This document shows, one piece after another, positions 1 through 12,424 of a stretch of DNA of 64,000 bases. Made by a program: the position numbers and the translations under genes. The DNA lies in assembly GCF_020745735.1 (NCBI RefSeq), contig NW_026867509.1, forward strand, positions 1,984,001 through 2,048,000, in the 5' to 3' direction. This stretch comes from Hemiscyllium ocellatum (Eukaryota). How positions within the stretch are numbered: position 1 is the first letter of the stretch; every line of letters starts with the position of its first letter. The notes below the pieces were generated by a model. The model had not been told where the DNA came from and did no database searches. It worked only from the letters and a program-made list of their open reading frames with translations.

Positions 1-65
1 GCAGTGTATGACTGCGCACTGAGTCCCACAGAGAATGAGAACTGGGCTGACCCTGTACAAAAACT
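1..65 (+). other. 3' end of a conventional TCR alpha/delta V segment (AVYDCALS, 1-26) with 23-RSS (27-65); truncated by the window edge
   Basis: GCA GTG TAT GAC TGC GCA CTG AGT CC, then heptamer CACAGAG (27-33), 23-nt spacer and nonamer ACAAAAACT (57-65). The YYC motif reads YDC. Confidence 0.85.
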
Positions 66-1699
66 CTAAGAACATCTCTGTACATGATTGTGTGTTCAGC
101 GAACAGTGAGATCCGGTGTATATCTGAAGCGATTCTTGAGCTCACAGTGATATCTGATACTTGACATTCGGACACAAATATTTACCTATTATAAATCCAT
201 TATTGAAATAAACGAATAGTTTCGTGAACGTAAAACAAATAAAAATATTTTGTGCGTTTGTTGATGTTAGAAAATGCTGTGACAGCGATGAGCTGCTATT
301 GAACAGCTAGTTTTGATCCAGCACATTCCTCCAGTAAAATGGAACTGCAGCATTCAGTTTGAGAGATGATATATTGCAACACGATTCTAATAATGAAACA
401 TTGGAATAATCTGAACAATGGCAAACATCTTGTGCATTATTGAGTACTGTCCCTGTGACTTCACGTTAACCATTCCAGATTTACGGGACAAGTATAACGC
501 TGACATGTTTTAAAATATTAAGAATTAGGTAGGATGTAACTCACGACTAAACCAATTAAAAGCATTGAGTAGCGGCTGCCTGATGAGTCAGAGCCGCCAG
601 TAAAACGTCACTTGACGTTTCTGTTGTTAGGCTGGATGGAAATGAACACTTTTAATCCTCTCAGCAAATTTCCTAATTCTTTGTCAGCAAATCACATCTG
701 GATATTTAATCTGTGTATAAACAATCCCTCTTCTCTTTATGGTGGTAACTGAGAAATACAAAGTCCTATTTTGGTAGCTCGTCACAAAAAGTAAATTTCC
801 TGAATTTGGGCATTCGATCCAATAACGTGTGTTTCTGTAGAATAGAGGATTAACGTGGGATTTGGCATCCCTCAGGAGTTAGTACATTCTGCCGATCAGC
901 ATAACCCTGTTGTTATGGAAAAAGTGAAACCTTTCGATCAGATCACACGTGAGACGAAATATTGAGATGTCGACAGTCACACTGTCCTTCTAATTCTATG
1001 AATGGCATTGAAGTTTGAAAAGGTTCAATTTGTCGTTTTGGGTTTCATTCTGAAGAAAGTGTAATTGTCATTATTTGATGTTGGTCATCAGACGTGCTGC
1101 ATGAAAGAACAGAGCAGGATCTGCTTTGAGTTGCTGAGCTGCAGCGATGTACATCACCCATAAAAAGTGTCGTTCAACTCGTCGTATTCCAGAAGCTTGG
1201 GTAGATTTGACCCGAAGTTCCTCGTCGAATTTGTTCAAGCAGTTGACTTCAAAAGATTCGCACTAGGCATGAAGGCGCATTTCACGAGATTGGATTATAA
1301 AATGGAGGAATAACTGTGAATGAAGAGAGAGAAATTTTCAAATGGGAAAGAGATGACAAGGAAGCAGCCATATAGGAACAAATACAATTTGCTTTCCAGA
1401 AAAAAATGCTAGGCGTTTTAAGACTCAATTTAAATAGTATCAATTATTATCTTCGCTTTTTGTTCACGTTGTGAAGGTTACTATTCCCGCTCATGGCTCG
1501 GTTAACAACTCAACTCTGCGAGATAGCTGCTAAAACATGATGTAGATTGGTGCTGCAAAGAACAGCACATCTGAGTGCTACCCAGGTGGATATAGGTGTC
1601 ACTCCACCACGTTCTGGTGGATGTTACAACGTGTCTAAACTGGTCTTGATTCTCAAATCACTCGTTAAAAGCGTTCGATTTCAAGCGAGAAAATTCCTT

Positions 1700-2290
1700 G
1701 TCATTAATCACGTTTCTGTAGGTCCTGACATGACACGTACCAAGTACAAGATTCACACTGAAGACAACGAATTTGGCCATTGCTGAGGAGGTGGAATTAC
1801 TTCTTTATTTCGACATTGGTGGCATTCCTTTCTACAATTCCTGTTCAGCTCGTGCGTGGCTTTTCTCAACGAGTTGTATCCCTGGATTCAATAAACTCAA
1901 GTCATTTCATCCTGAACGACGGTCTCCCATGCGTTGAAATCTCTTCCATTTCTGGAAGGGAGCCTTCAGTATGTCTTTAAAAAGCTTCCTTTGAGGTTTT
2001 AGCACTTCTTCGAATTCAGTGAAGATGATTTACTTTCGCAGTCATAGGTTAGGCATCCTAACATATGCCCAGATTAGCGGAGTGGGAGTTAGGTGCTCAT
2101 AACTTGGATGCTGGCACTATTGATGATTTGAAGCACGTTGATGCATTTTCTGATGGTCACTTTTCTCAGTGAATTCAGTGCGCAAATTTCTGATCAACAA
2201 AACGGCTGGAATGTCACTTGGATGATTTAGAAATTTTCGATTGACTTTCTCAGGTGTTGGAATAAAACTGAACTGCGCGGAGGATGCAAC
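1700..2290 (-). mobile_element. Decayed RTE-type LINE, C-terminal ORF2 fragment
   Basis: Frame-broken minus-strand translation resembles the RTE C-terminus (WAYVRMP..LRK.IIF.E......RKLFKDILKA). Boundaries approximate. Confidence 0.55.
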
Positions 2291-2410
2291 GCACGAAAGT
2301 TTAAATTAGTGGCACAAAAGTGTGGATTTTGTCAAAATCCAGTTTATGTCCAGAAGTTTCAAATATCTTATCAGAACAATCATTTATTTGTTCATCATTT
2401 GACATGTGGA

Positions 2411-2522
2411 TGCTGAAATCTGAAGCCAAACACAATTTGCTGTCGAAACTCAGCAGGTCTGGTAGCAGCTATTGGTAGAAAACAGAGTTAAAATTTTGAG
2501 TCCAGAGACTCTTCATCAGAAA
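2411..2522 (-). repeat. Short interspersed repeat with a degenerate hammerhead-like core
   Basis: Minus strand reads CTGATGA-AGAGTC-TCTG-GACTC-AAAA. Related copies lie near 17.7, 21.1, 31.7, 39.95 and 52.7 kb. Confidence 0.5.
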
Positions 2523-3735
2523 ACTGCGTGTCCCAGTTGATGATCATAAGAGCATTAGAACATAAGAACTTGGAGCAAGAGTAGGACGTCCGGCTCTTCA
2601 AGCCTACTCCACCATTATAAAATCATGGCTGATCTTTTCGTGGACTCAGATCCACTTACCCGTGCTCTCGCCGAAAAGAACATGGCAAATTAAAGGTCTG
2701 TGTTCAATTAATCTCGTCCTGCACTAGAGTTGAAACTTCTATCAGTCCAAACTCTACTGCAATATGAAGAATACGTTCAAAATTTGTGGAGACGTTCAAT
2801 TCCCAATAGTATGTGACACACGTTTAAATATATGTACATATTTTTAACTATTTAGTGTCATCCAAAACAGATGTCCTCAGTACTTGCAATGGAGGAGCAA
2901 ATGCTTTCAGTGCAAATTTCAGTGACTGAACATCGTAGCACTTAATTTATCTGAATGCACCACCAGATGGTGTCCTTACTCCATTAAGAATATTCACAGA
3001 GGGAAAGGAGAGAAATGACAATCAGGACCTGACAATTGTGTTAATAGCTGTCCAACGCAGAAGCAAAACATCGTTTCGGCTTGTCTTGTATAATATTAAT
3101 CAAAACATAACGTTGGGAAGTCATGGAAATAACGTTGATTTTCTTGTGGTTAAGTAAACGAGCACGACATTTGACTTAAAGGGCAGAATATATGTGTGTA
3201 TGTCATGGGGACATTGGGGTGGGGGTCGCTGAGTTCTTTGTATACTATTAATACTGTGAAAGACTTAAACTAAAGTTGAGCTTTACCAGGAGAGGCGTGG
3301 AGTGTATGATCCAGCGAAAACATGAAAACCAACGAGATCATTGTTGAGGACGCAATGAGCTGTTCATCAAGACTGTGTCAAAGTGAAAGGCAACGTGCAC
3401 GATTCAAAGAAGTAGATTTGGTAGTGCTGAGACACGAATGAGGGAGAAGAAGGAAGGAAATAACGGAAGAATGGCGACTGTGAGGGAAGGAGGGACTGGA
3501 ATGAAAGAGATGAATATCAAGTGATATAGCCCGGGCCACTGGAAGTGTAACATATTCATCACAGGCATAGTCCACAGTTTAGTATCTCATCCTTGGAAAT
3601 ACATCTTCTGCTAGTTTTATTTTCTATTGGTCTTAGTAACAGAGGATGCCAAGGCTGGAAAACGGACTGGTCATAATTCCAGGACAGAAGCATGAACGCA
3701 CAAACGTATTTTAAATTCGAGATGGAGACTGTGTT

Positions 3736-5162
3736 TTACACACTAAGCCACTCTGATCGACGGAGAACATGACAAAATATTTGCACCCAGCGAGAGATGT
3801 GAAGAGAGACAATAACATCTCGACAATTGTTCTGGGATATTGCATAAATATAGACGTTTTTGCAGGAACTTAGTATCTGCATCATGTTCGTCGTTTGTTG
3901 GTGAATAAATTGTGGGTCAGTGAAATACAAGCCGCTGAAGTATTCCTCACCTTTAACCTACACATAGAAGGAGCCCCCGACTAAAAGGTGACCCTTAGAA
4001 GGAGGAAGCAGGGCGAGATGGTGATGAGCAGTTTGATGGACCTGGTGTCTCCTGCAGGCACTGCTGGCTGCCAAGATGTATCTGACAGTCCCAGCATTGA
4101 GCAGCAGAATAAGGAGGAAAGGCAGAAAAGACGTCAAGATGTGATTCATCTAGTAATAGAACTTCCATGCAGATGAATTACAGTACGAGTATCTGAAGTC
4201 ACAGAACTGAAACACCCAGTCCATAATGTACAAGGGCTAGTAGACGTAGTCTGAAGGCAGGTTCATGATGCAGCTCAAGACGAAAACCACTCCAATGAAC
4301 AGTGATACAGTTTTCTCGGTGCAGTACCTGATCTTCAGAGTCACGAAACGGCCGATGGTGAATACTAATCAACGACACTGAGCCATTCCGGCTGGCTTAG
4401 ATTATCATGGTTTGACTGCCCAGGCAGTAGTCGCGGACTTGGCGCTTTGTCAGAATTAAATGCCACCGATCTGAGTCAGGATGTACCCAGTGATGATCAC
4501 AAGAAAATCGCTCATTGCTATCCCCACCAAATAAAAGTTGGTGCACCCAGAGAGGACGCATGATCCTCGTAATAGTAACATGATAGCCAGCAGGTTGGCT
4601 GGGCGAAAGTGCCAAGAACTTTTGAACTTATTTGAGTAATCACTAGATACACTTCTAATCTTTAAAATAATTACGCATTTGCAATAATTTTCTTCTGGAT
4701 CATCATGTCATTTGTGTATAAAAATATTGAACGCAATGGTAGTGCATTATTCCAGACAACAGCAAAAACAGCTGCTTGACGTTGCCAGCATTGTAATAAA
4801 ATTTAGTTTTGTGCAGTTAATCTGAATATTATTCAGGCAATGTCACACATTAAAATTCACAAACTAATAATCTAATAACTAATTGTTCTTTAATTGCTCA
4901 AAATAACAGTCTGAGTATAATGTTGCTGTGCATTGCAAACGCGCACAATTTAGTACATCTCAATATTTTGGATATGCATAGTGATCTGGTCTGAGTTTCC
5001 TTCAACGGTGATGATCAGAAAAAAATAGACGATCGTGAAATTTAATAGATTGGTTGAACTTAAAAGCAATTCGTAAGAATGTGTTACCGACCAAGGGACA
5101 CCAGTAGTAGCAAGTGCTAAATAATACAGGGCATTGAACGAGACATTCCCTGGGCCATGCAT
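3736..5162 (-). pseudogene. GPR139/GPR142-like class A GPCR pseudogene (exon 1 5093-5162, exon 2 3736-4598)
   Basis: Exon 1 MHGPGNVSFNALYYLALATTGVP with a damaged donor. Exon 2 starts AG|CC AAC CTG (ANLLAIMLLLRGSC...) and ends ...LSSCKNVYIYAISQN. It has several stops and frameshifts relative to the intact paralog at 27.4-30.1 kb. Confidence 0.9.
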
Positions 5163-5489
5163 CACTTGTTGTAAACTAATGAAATTTCAAATCTGCGCTG
5201 TGACATAAACAAAAAGGTCTCTAATTTATACAATTTCAGAGTCTGCAGTGTGTCAATTACATTCGAACATATACCTTCCTTTCTGGTCCGGTGCCATGCC
5301 TGCTATGTAACATTGGAATATTGCACAATTGCACACACGTAAAACGAGAACAGCAACCTGCAAATTCTGAAGCCCCCTTCCACGTGTTTTGATTACTCCA
5401 TCAAAGAGTTCCTATTTGAAAATGTGAGCTTAGGTCTCCTTTGAAGGACATCTCAGTCCTTCTCTGCATTTTTCCCAATTATTCCTATC

Positions 5490-6330
5490 TTTAGTTGTGA
5501 AATTATTGAATGATTTTCCTTCGACGGTTTTGCTGTCTGAACATTCGGCTATAAATAAAGTTCAGAAATTTGAAGTGTCTGTTTAAGAAGAATGGATGAT
5601 ATCTGAGGAGGAGTCCAGAGCATGAAAATCCTTTGGATGCTGAGAACAGAAAACCTCTTAAATTGAAGGTTGATAAATTCCTGGACCAAATGGGGTCCAT
5701 TCCAGAGTCTTGTTTGAGGTGGCTGTATATACAATGAGTGCATTGATGGTTATCGTTGGAAATTCGAGAAGTTATGGAAAAGTTCCTGAGGATTATAAAA
5801 AAGCGATACTAATCCAACTACTGAAGAAGGAAGGGATCAGAAAACAGGAACCAGAGTACGTTGAATGTCAATTATAAGGAATCACCAGATCATATAATGA
5901 AGGAGACAATAAATAGACATTTTGAAACAATGATATGTTTGAGACGGGTAAATACGGAGTCACAAAAGGGAAGGAATATTTGGCAAACACTCTGGAATTC
6001 GTTTTGTGGATGCTAATTGGAGAACCGATAATGAACAACCAACAGATGTGATGTGTTTTCGTTACTTTGAAAGTTTTTGGGAACATTCCGTACAGGAAGT
6101 CAGTAAATATATAAGAGAATACGAGGTTGATGTTAAGTTGTGGTGATGAATTAATAAGGAGAACTCAAATTGTAGAAAGGAATGGGTTATTCTCAGGATG
6201 GCCGAATGTTATTAGTTGGAGAGCCCCAAGAATCTGAGACATTGAGCCTGGCAATTTATATAATGATAGCCTCAATCAGTTATTGCAACATTATTGATGT
6301 CATGAAATTGGAAATTTGGTATGGTTTAAT
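5490..6330. mobile_element. CR1-type LINE remnants (3' end on minus, RT fragment on plus)
   Basis: Degenerate CR1-like peptides (..IDKFLDQMG; ..KYGVTKGKEYLANTLEF) with many stops. Confidence 0.6.
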
Positions 6331-7064
6331 CCTGTATTCTTGTTTATTTGAATTCAGGTGCAGAAAAATGAAGTTCTGATGTAGAAACGAGGGAAGAACC
6401 TAATGATGTTGTTACAATGTTCCATATTCCGAGGGGTTCAACTGGAGAATAAATGTAAAATCTGCAGACTCAACAATAAAAAGAACACACATTCCTGAAG
6501 AGAGAGTTCAAACACAAGTATTGGGTTATGGATATTCTTGAAGATCATGTTACTCTGTGGAACATCGCGAAAGAGATGGATGGGGAGATATGACAGCTCT
6601 AAGAAAGGAAATAATGGCAAACAGGACGACAGTGCTGAAGGAAAACTGGAACGAATGCTGCGAGTAAGGAATGAAGAGATTGGAAAATGATATCAACAGC
6701 AAAACAATGGGGAAAATACATGAATAAACAAATACGAACTGTACGAGACCAGTGAGAGTTGGAGGAAGTGTGAGTGGATACAAATCATAAATTGGCTTCA
6801 TGTCCAGAAGGAAATAATTTCCGATATTTCTGCATTCTTTTAGGCTATGCTTCAGGTATCTGTACAGCAGGAGTATAGTCCTTATGTCCCTTTAAGACTG
6901 GGGCTTCTTTTCATCAGATTTCTTTATGGAATGCAGATGGTAGAAGTGAACGCTATGTCACTCTGTTGGGAAAGAAACAAGATGAAGTGTTTTCTAATTG
7001 TTCATCGTTTAAATGTTCTGGCGAGAATGATGAAGGGGTAAATCAGAACTTTCTTCATCTGCTT

Positions 7065-9425
7065 TCAAAACAAATTCTGTGAGACAGAGTAGATGAAGAC
7101 GTTGTTGCAGGAACTAAGTAACTGGAGTATGTTGGTGCTCTCTTCAAATATGTACTTCGGGTTCCTGAAATCCAGTCCATCAAAGTCACTCTTAGCTTTC
7201 AGACACACATAGATAAAATGTCCAACAACAGGGGACAACATGAGGAGGAAACTGAGAGAAATGGCAAACAGCAAGACAATGGACCTTTGGCGGTTGGCCA
7301 TTTCTGGATCTTGTCGATTTTCGGCACCCCAGAGCCTCCTGCGAGCTCTGTTGGCCGCTATGATTTGTCTTATGGTAAGGATGTTTAGCAGCAGAATGAC
7401 AAAGAATGGGAGAAAAGGTGTCATGATACGAAACAACCAATCATATGCTTGCCATACTGGCCAGGTATAGAAGCTGGCTTTGATGTTGCAAAACCATGAT
7501 ACCCCATCCAAAATGAACAAGGGCAGGAATGCAAAGTACAAAGGGATGGTCTTGACGGAACACAGAACACAGATCATTCCTATAACCAGTAATGCGGTCT
7601 TCTCATTGCTGAATCTGGTCTTCTGTCTCTGATAGCAGATGGCTGCAAAGCGATCGATGGTAAAGGCCACTGTCAGCCACACCGAGCAATCCAGACTGGC
7701 ATTGACCAATACGACACTGAGAGTGCATGCAGGAGTGGTGGAGAAGAGACTTTTCCGAAAACAGATGCGGCTGATTCGATTGAGAATGACTGCAGTAGTA
7801 ATGACAAGGAAGTCACTCACTGCGATCGCCACCAGGTAGTAGGTGATACCCCTTGAGAGACCACACCGTCCTCGCAATAGAATAATGAACGCCAGCAAGT
7901 TGGCTGTGAAAAGTCAAATGAGACATTACTGAACTCAGTCGAAACTTTGTATCTTCGTGAAATATTACACAGAACTGCCTTCAACTATCACCTTGGCACT
8001 TCCACTGTCCACCTTATTTTTGAAAACATTGACAATTACTAGACATGAAGTGCAGCATTAAGCATATTGATTTTAAACAAACTCATTGGACAATAACCAG
8101 GTATACTGTCACGTCTGACTTTCTCCACCCCAGTCTTACATATCACCATCGCATCATCTGTCAATGTGATCAGTCCAGGAAAACAAAATCGCTCTCCAGT
8201 CACTGAGTTAATGCCAATAGCTACTTGTTCAATTTGCAATAACAAAAATAATGCGGCGGACATGAACAAATTCATATCAAACACGGGCCAGCCTTGAACC
8301 CATAAATGTTAACTGACGTTGGATCCTTCCAGAGATGTCTCACCCTTTGCAACCTCATCCTTCAAATTTTCAGATGCTCCCGACCTGAGTGAAATCCATT
8401 CCCGCGGCATCATACAACAGTCTGAAATATCATGTTAAGTTTGATTCTACGTCCTGTGCATCCCTCCATTTAATATTCCAAATTATGTTGGTTATAGATT
8501 TAATGACTAAAACCCAAATTGTTGGAATTACCACCTGAGCAGCTCGGCTTTTGGTCTCTTCTTTCAGACGTTGCCATGGTCAAACCGTTTGTCAATATTT
8601 CATATTCCTCAAAACTAAATTGGTCTGCCACATTGTTCTAGTGTTTGCTGTATGCATTGAGATAACTTGAGACGAGGTGGAACTGCACGTTCGTATAATT
8701 GAGGAACAATATGTTTTTGGTAAATTATTTAGAATATAATGGTTTGAAATTTGAGAGAATTCACAGCAGAAAGGCAAACTAACAAAAGTACAAAAATATT
8801 GCATCGCTATTGACGTCTTTGAGACTAAACTTCAATTAAGACCTTAGACCACATGAACGATTCTGTTCTCCTTTTGGAGCTCGACACTTTATTACACCTC
8901 TGCACAGCACATGCTGTAGATTCGTTTAATCAGTGAATGTAGGTTTATATTACAAAATGTCTTCTAAAGTACAACTACAAAGTAATTCATATTTAGATAC
9001 TGTAGTGAAAGCTGTGCAGAGAGGCATTTTACCACACTGTGTTAAACCAATCATCATACAATGGACCAAATTGCAGTTTACTGAATTGGATTTGAACGCA
9101 ATTTGTGACAATATTACTGTTTAATGTTTATGCATTGTGATTCAACGCAGTTCTCAGTTCTCATAGATCATTTTTCTGTCAGTTTGCTGCAGATATTATT
9201 TCATGATGTATTATACGGTCTGGAGACCTGTCGAACTGCTTTAAAATCAAAGAGTTATAGTTTGGGAACATTCTACTGAATCCTGGAAAGATAAGGAATA
9301 AACATCTGGAAATACACGAATAGGCAATCGATTTTCTCGAACATCACTGACTTACCCGGGGCACTGATAGCAGCGAGGATTGAGTAGAAAACGACAAAGA
9401 ATGGGGCAATGACTGGCTCGTGCAT
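7065..9425 (-). CDS. GPR139/GPR142-like GPCR, two exons (9356-9425, 7065-7903), 302 aa; TM1-TM7 intact but stop just after TM7 (paralog-equivalent stop at 7002-7004)
   Basis: Exon 1 MHEPVIAPFFVVFYSILAAISAP G|GTAAG. Phase-1 acceptor TTTTCACAG|CC AAC TTG. Motifs TIDRF and SCNNVFIY. TGA at 7065-7067 replaces the CGA (Arg) codon of the intact paralog. Confidence 0.88.
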
Positions 9426-10024
9426 CTTCATTCAAGCACTGCCGGAGTTGCTGCCGCCATAGAGGCTTGCTCTGTGACACGTTCAAATGGCTCCTTATTT
9501 ATTCAGATAAATAGTCACAACAGGGACAAATAAGTCACAGTATGCACCTTAATTACATTTCGCTGAACAAAGAGATTACCTCATTGTTCATGCCTTTCAA
9601 TAAGGTGAATGATTGCATTTCCCTTTGGGGACAGGCTCACTGTAATTTCTTTGGTTCCTCGAACTTCACAAAATATGATGTCGAGCCTTCAGTTTGTGAA
9701 TCCGTTGATAGCAAACACTGAATTCAGTCCCTGTCTCAAAACTTCCTTTCTGCTTCCCAACTCTGCGATTTCACTGAATAATGTGTATTTTAAACGTCAA
9801 TTTACTTCTTCGTTTGCGTTCATTTATACACTTTTTCATGCCTAATACTTTAACCCTGCTTCAACATTTCCATAAAATTACAGTTCAACTTTTGGATAAG
9901 ATGGTTAACAAACAAAGGACCGTAACATTGTGGGGAGCATCAAATGCAAATTTTGGTAACGTTGAATCTGAAAAATTCTTCATTTGATCAGATCAATCAC
10001 AAGTTCAAGAAGGGTGGTCAAATT

Positions 10025-10230
10025 TTGAAATTCTGCGTGGCTTTCCTCCCACAATCCAAAGATGTGCCGGTCATGTGAATTGGCCGTGCTATATTGTCCA
10101 ACGTGTTAGGGGCATTAGTTGGGGTAAATGTAAGTTAAGGTAATGGGTCTTGGTGAGTTAGTCTTCGATGGGCCGGTGTGGACATGTTGGGCCTGAGGGT
10201 CTGTTTCAAAAACTGTCGGAAATCTAATCT
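10025..10230 (+). repeat. V-SINE/HE1-type SINE fragment
   Basis: Body motif cctcccacaatccaaagatgtg...gtgaattggcc..aaattg, shared with the copy at 39.3-39.6 kb. Confidence 0.6.
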
Positions 10231-10879
10231 AATACGTTATCATTGATTGTGCACGAAAGTAAAAGTTACAAGGGCAGTCCAACCTCGAGCGTTGTGTGGT
10301 ATTTGATATGATGGTGGGTGATCTCCTCAGTGAGATTTTCTAAATTCGATGTCATCCAGTAAAAAGGAATTAACTTAATGAATAATATATAATAATAAAA
10401 AGGAATTAACTTAATGCATAATATAGCTGTATTTTGCGGCTGAAGAAAAGTTTGAATAGGTTGGATCACTCTTCTCCAGAAAACATGGAACCAGAAGGTG
10501 ACTGGACAGGGATGTTTTAAATGATGCCCTGGTTAAATGAACTGAATTCTGAAAATAGTTCTTATTCGTGACTCCGTGACAAAGTTCACTAGAACAACAA
10601 ATGGAGATATTAAGGCGAATGCATCCATGCAAAGGCATATTAGAACAGAATACAAACACTCATACAAGCAGTAGATGGAACAGGGAAGCGATAGAATGGC
10701 GAAAGGAAGAGATACTTGCATGATTCCATCTGTTAATATATCATTCAGTGTAAAGTGGAGAGAGATTCATGTGATGGGCATGCATTTGCGGGGTCAAATT
10801 AGGTCAATGTCCTGAACCTGCTCTGCAGGTTGTTAATAATATAAAATTGAAAGAAAGCTAGGACCCCACAAGATGGGAA

Positions 10880-11050
10880 AGAATCGAACAATTGATTGGA
10901 GGGAATTGGGATTGTCATATATGCTGTAGAGAAATCTCCCACTGAGTAACAGTAAAACCTCAGCTGAATCTATACAAACTGAAACCAACCGACAACTTAG
11001 AGACTTTGGAACAATCTCCCACGATGGCACAAACCACAAACAGAACAAAG
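10880..11050 (-). repeat. Left arm of the diverged inverted repeat flanking supporting V of cassette 1
   Basis: Reverse complement of 10931-11050 aligns ungapped to 13311-13430 at 76/120 identities (manual count). Confidence 0.75.
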
Positions 11051-11824
11051 TACTTGAAGAAATTAAAAGAAACTAACCGTGAAAATTCAAAATAATTTGA
11101 AATCGATGATATCGCGCCTCCTTTTCGCCAACACTAGAAAACAAAACAGAACATTACCTGCAGTGTTGCTGTGTCAAAATCACTGATCTCTGACAGTCGG
11201 TGTTCAATTAAGGTGTTTTTATACTTTTGGTTAAATGTTTCTGTGTGCAGTTCTGGAGAGAACCCAGATGGGTATGTCTCAGAAAAAAAAATGCTTTTTG
11301 GAAATGAAACATGCCACTGATGTCTGAATGTATATTTGGAATTAAGTTTCTTCAGAAAAGATTATAAACTGAAAACTGAAATCACGAACTCACACAGTAC
11401 AGAGGAATGTTACTCGATATGCATGCCAATCCCCACCCATGAAGCTGGAAACCAAATAGTCCTCAAACCTTTGCTGTTTCCCAACTATCCAACACGCATT
11501 TTGTGTTCGAATAATAGTTCAATTAGAATACAAGAGTTATTGACGAATTTGCTCATGCTGTATCCCTCTTGTGTAAAATGTAACACGTCATCTACTTAAC
11601 TGATTGACTTTCTGTTAACAGAGTGTAAAGAAGAAACACGTTATGTTAGACGCTGGTTTACATAAAGCGAGAATTCTTCCCTTGAACAGGATGTTTCCTT
11701 TATAAACAGTGCATTAACAAACAATCAATACTAATCAATCGAGCAGATTCTGGATAAAGACAATCCCGCTCAAATCCATCCAAGACCCCAGCTCGAATTT
11801 CACCTCCTCAAGCCTCTGCTAACA

Positions 11825-12114
11825 CGATTTTGTGCAGCTCTCTCTGCGCTCTGTGATGTTGGGTGTCTGTAACCCCATCGTGTTCAGCTTCTTGTGCAGG
11901 TTTCTCCGTGCTCTGTGTTACCGTGTCAATAAAAAAATGCTCCACCCTGAGTAACATTTATTTGAAATATTTCTCCGTGTTTTGTAGCATTGTGTCTGTA
12001 ATCACCCCATGTTCAGGTATTTTGGAGCAGTCTCCGTGATCTGTGGCACTCTGTCTGTAATTCTCTGCATGTTCAGGTTTTTGTGCAGCTCTCTCCGTAC
12101 TGTGTATCACTGTG
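11825..12114 (-). repeat. Tandem array of about five 23-RSS units (~60 bp period) 3' of supporting V1
   Basis: Proximal CACAGTG(12114-12108)-23-ACAAAAACC(12084-12076). Further heptamers are CAGAGTG (12053-12047), CACAATG (11994-11988) and CACGGTA (11925-11919, with 23-ACAAGAAGC). A fifth unit retains nonamer ACAAAATCG (11833-11825). Confidence 0.85.
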
Positions 12115-12424
12115 CGCGCTGAGAGCCGACTCAGTGCATAGTAATACACAGCGGAGTCACTCAGTTGAGTTTGCGAGATCATTAACCAACCGATTTTTGC
12201 CGTAGCATCAAGAGAAGCAGAGATTCGTCCGCCTGCAACATTTTCTTTATTCTGCTCTCCTGAGGTGTGTCTTTGAAGCATATATTTCAGAGGTTGGCCT
12301 GGGGACTGACAGTACCAGTAAACTGTGTACTGACAGATCCCTGAGTATTCACAGCTTAATGTGACGGTGTCACCAGCAGCAGAGGTTTGGAGTGGTGGAC
12401 TCCGGGACACCAGAGAACCGAAAC
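12115..12424 (-). pseudogene. Leaderless NAR-TCR supporting TCR-delta V (cassette 1), probably non-functional
   Basis: VSRSPPLQTSAAGDTVTLSCEYSGICQYTVYWYCQ...DSAVYYYALSRLSAR. CDR1 Cys is present. Second canonical Cys is TAT (12140-12138). Acceptor reads CAA where the paralog has CAG. Confidence 0.85.

Noticed and set aside
570-612. CTGATGA...AAAACGTC hammerhead-like motif
   Set aside because: No convincing stem II, and the GAAA core is altered.
8039-8284. 81-aa ORF starting with a signal-peptide-like stretch
   Set aside because: Lies in the GPCR intron (true exon 1 is at 9356-9425); the paralogous region at 54.3-54.5 kb has stops in that frame.
10361-10420. Short direct duplication (aaaaaggaattaacttaatg twice); a similar one at 26879-26912
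   Set aside because: Ordinary local slippage duplications with no functional context.
11825-12114. CRISPR-like reading of the ~60-bp periodic array
   Set aside because: Vertebrate context, whole units are homologous (no unique spacers) and the conserved elements are RSS heptamers and nonamers.
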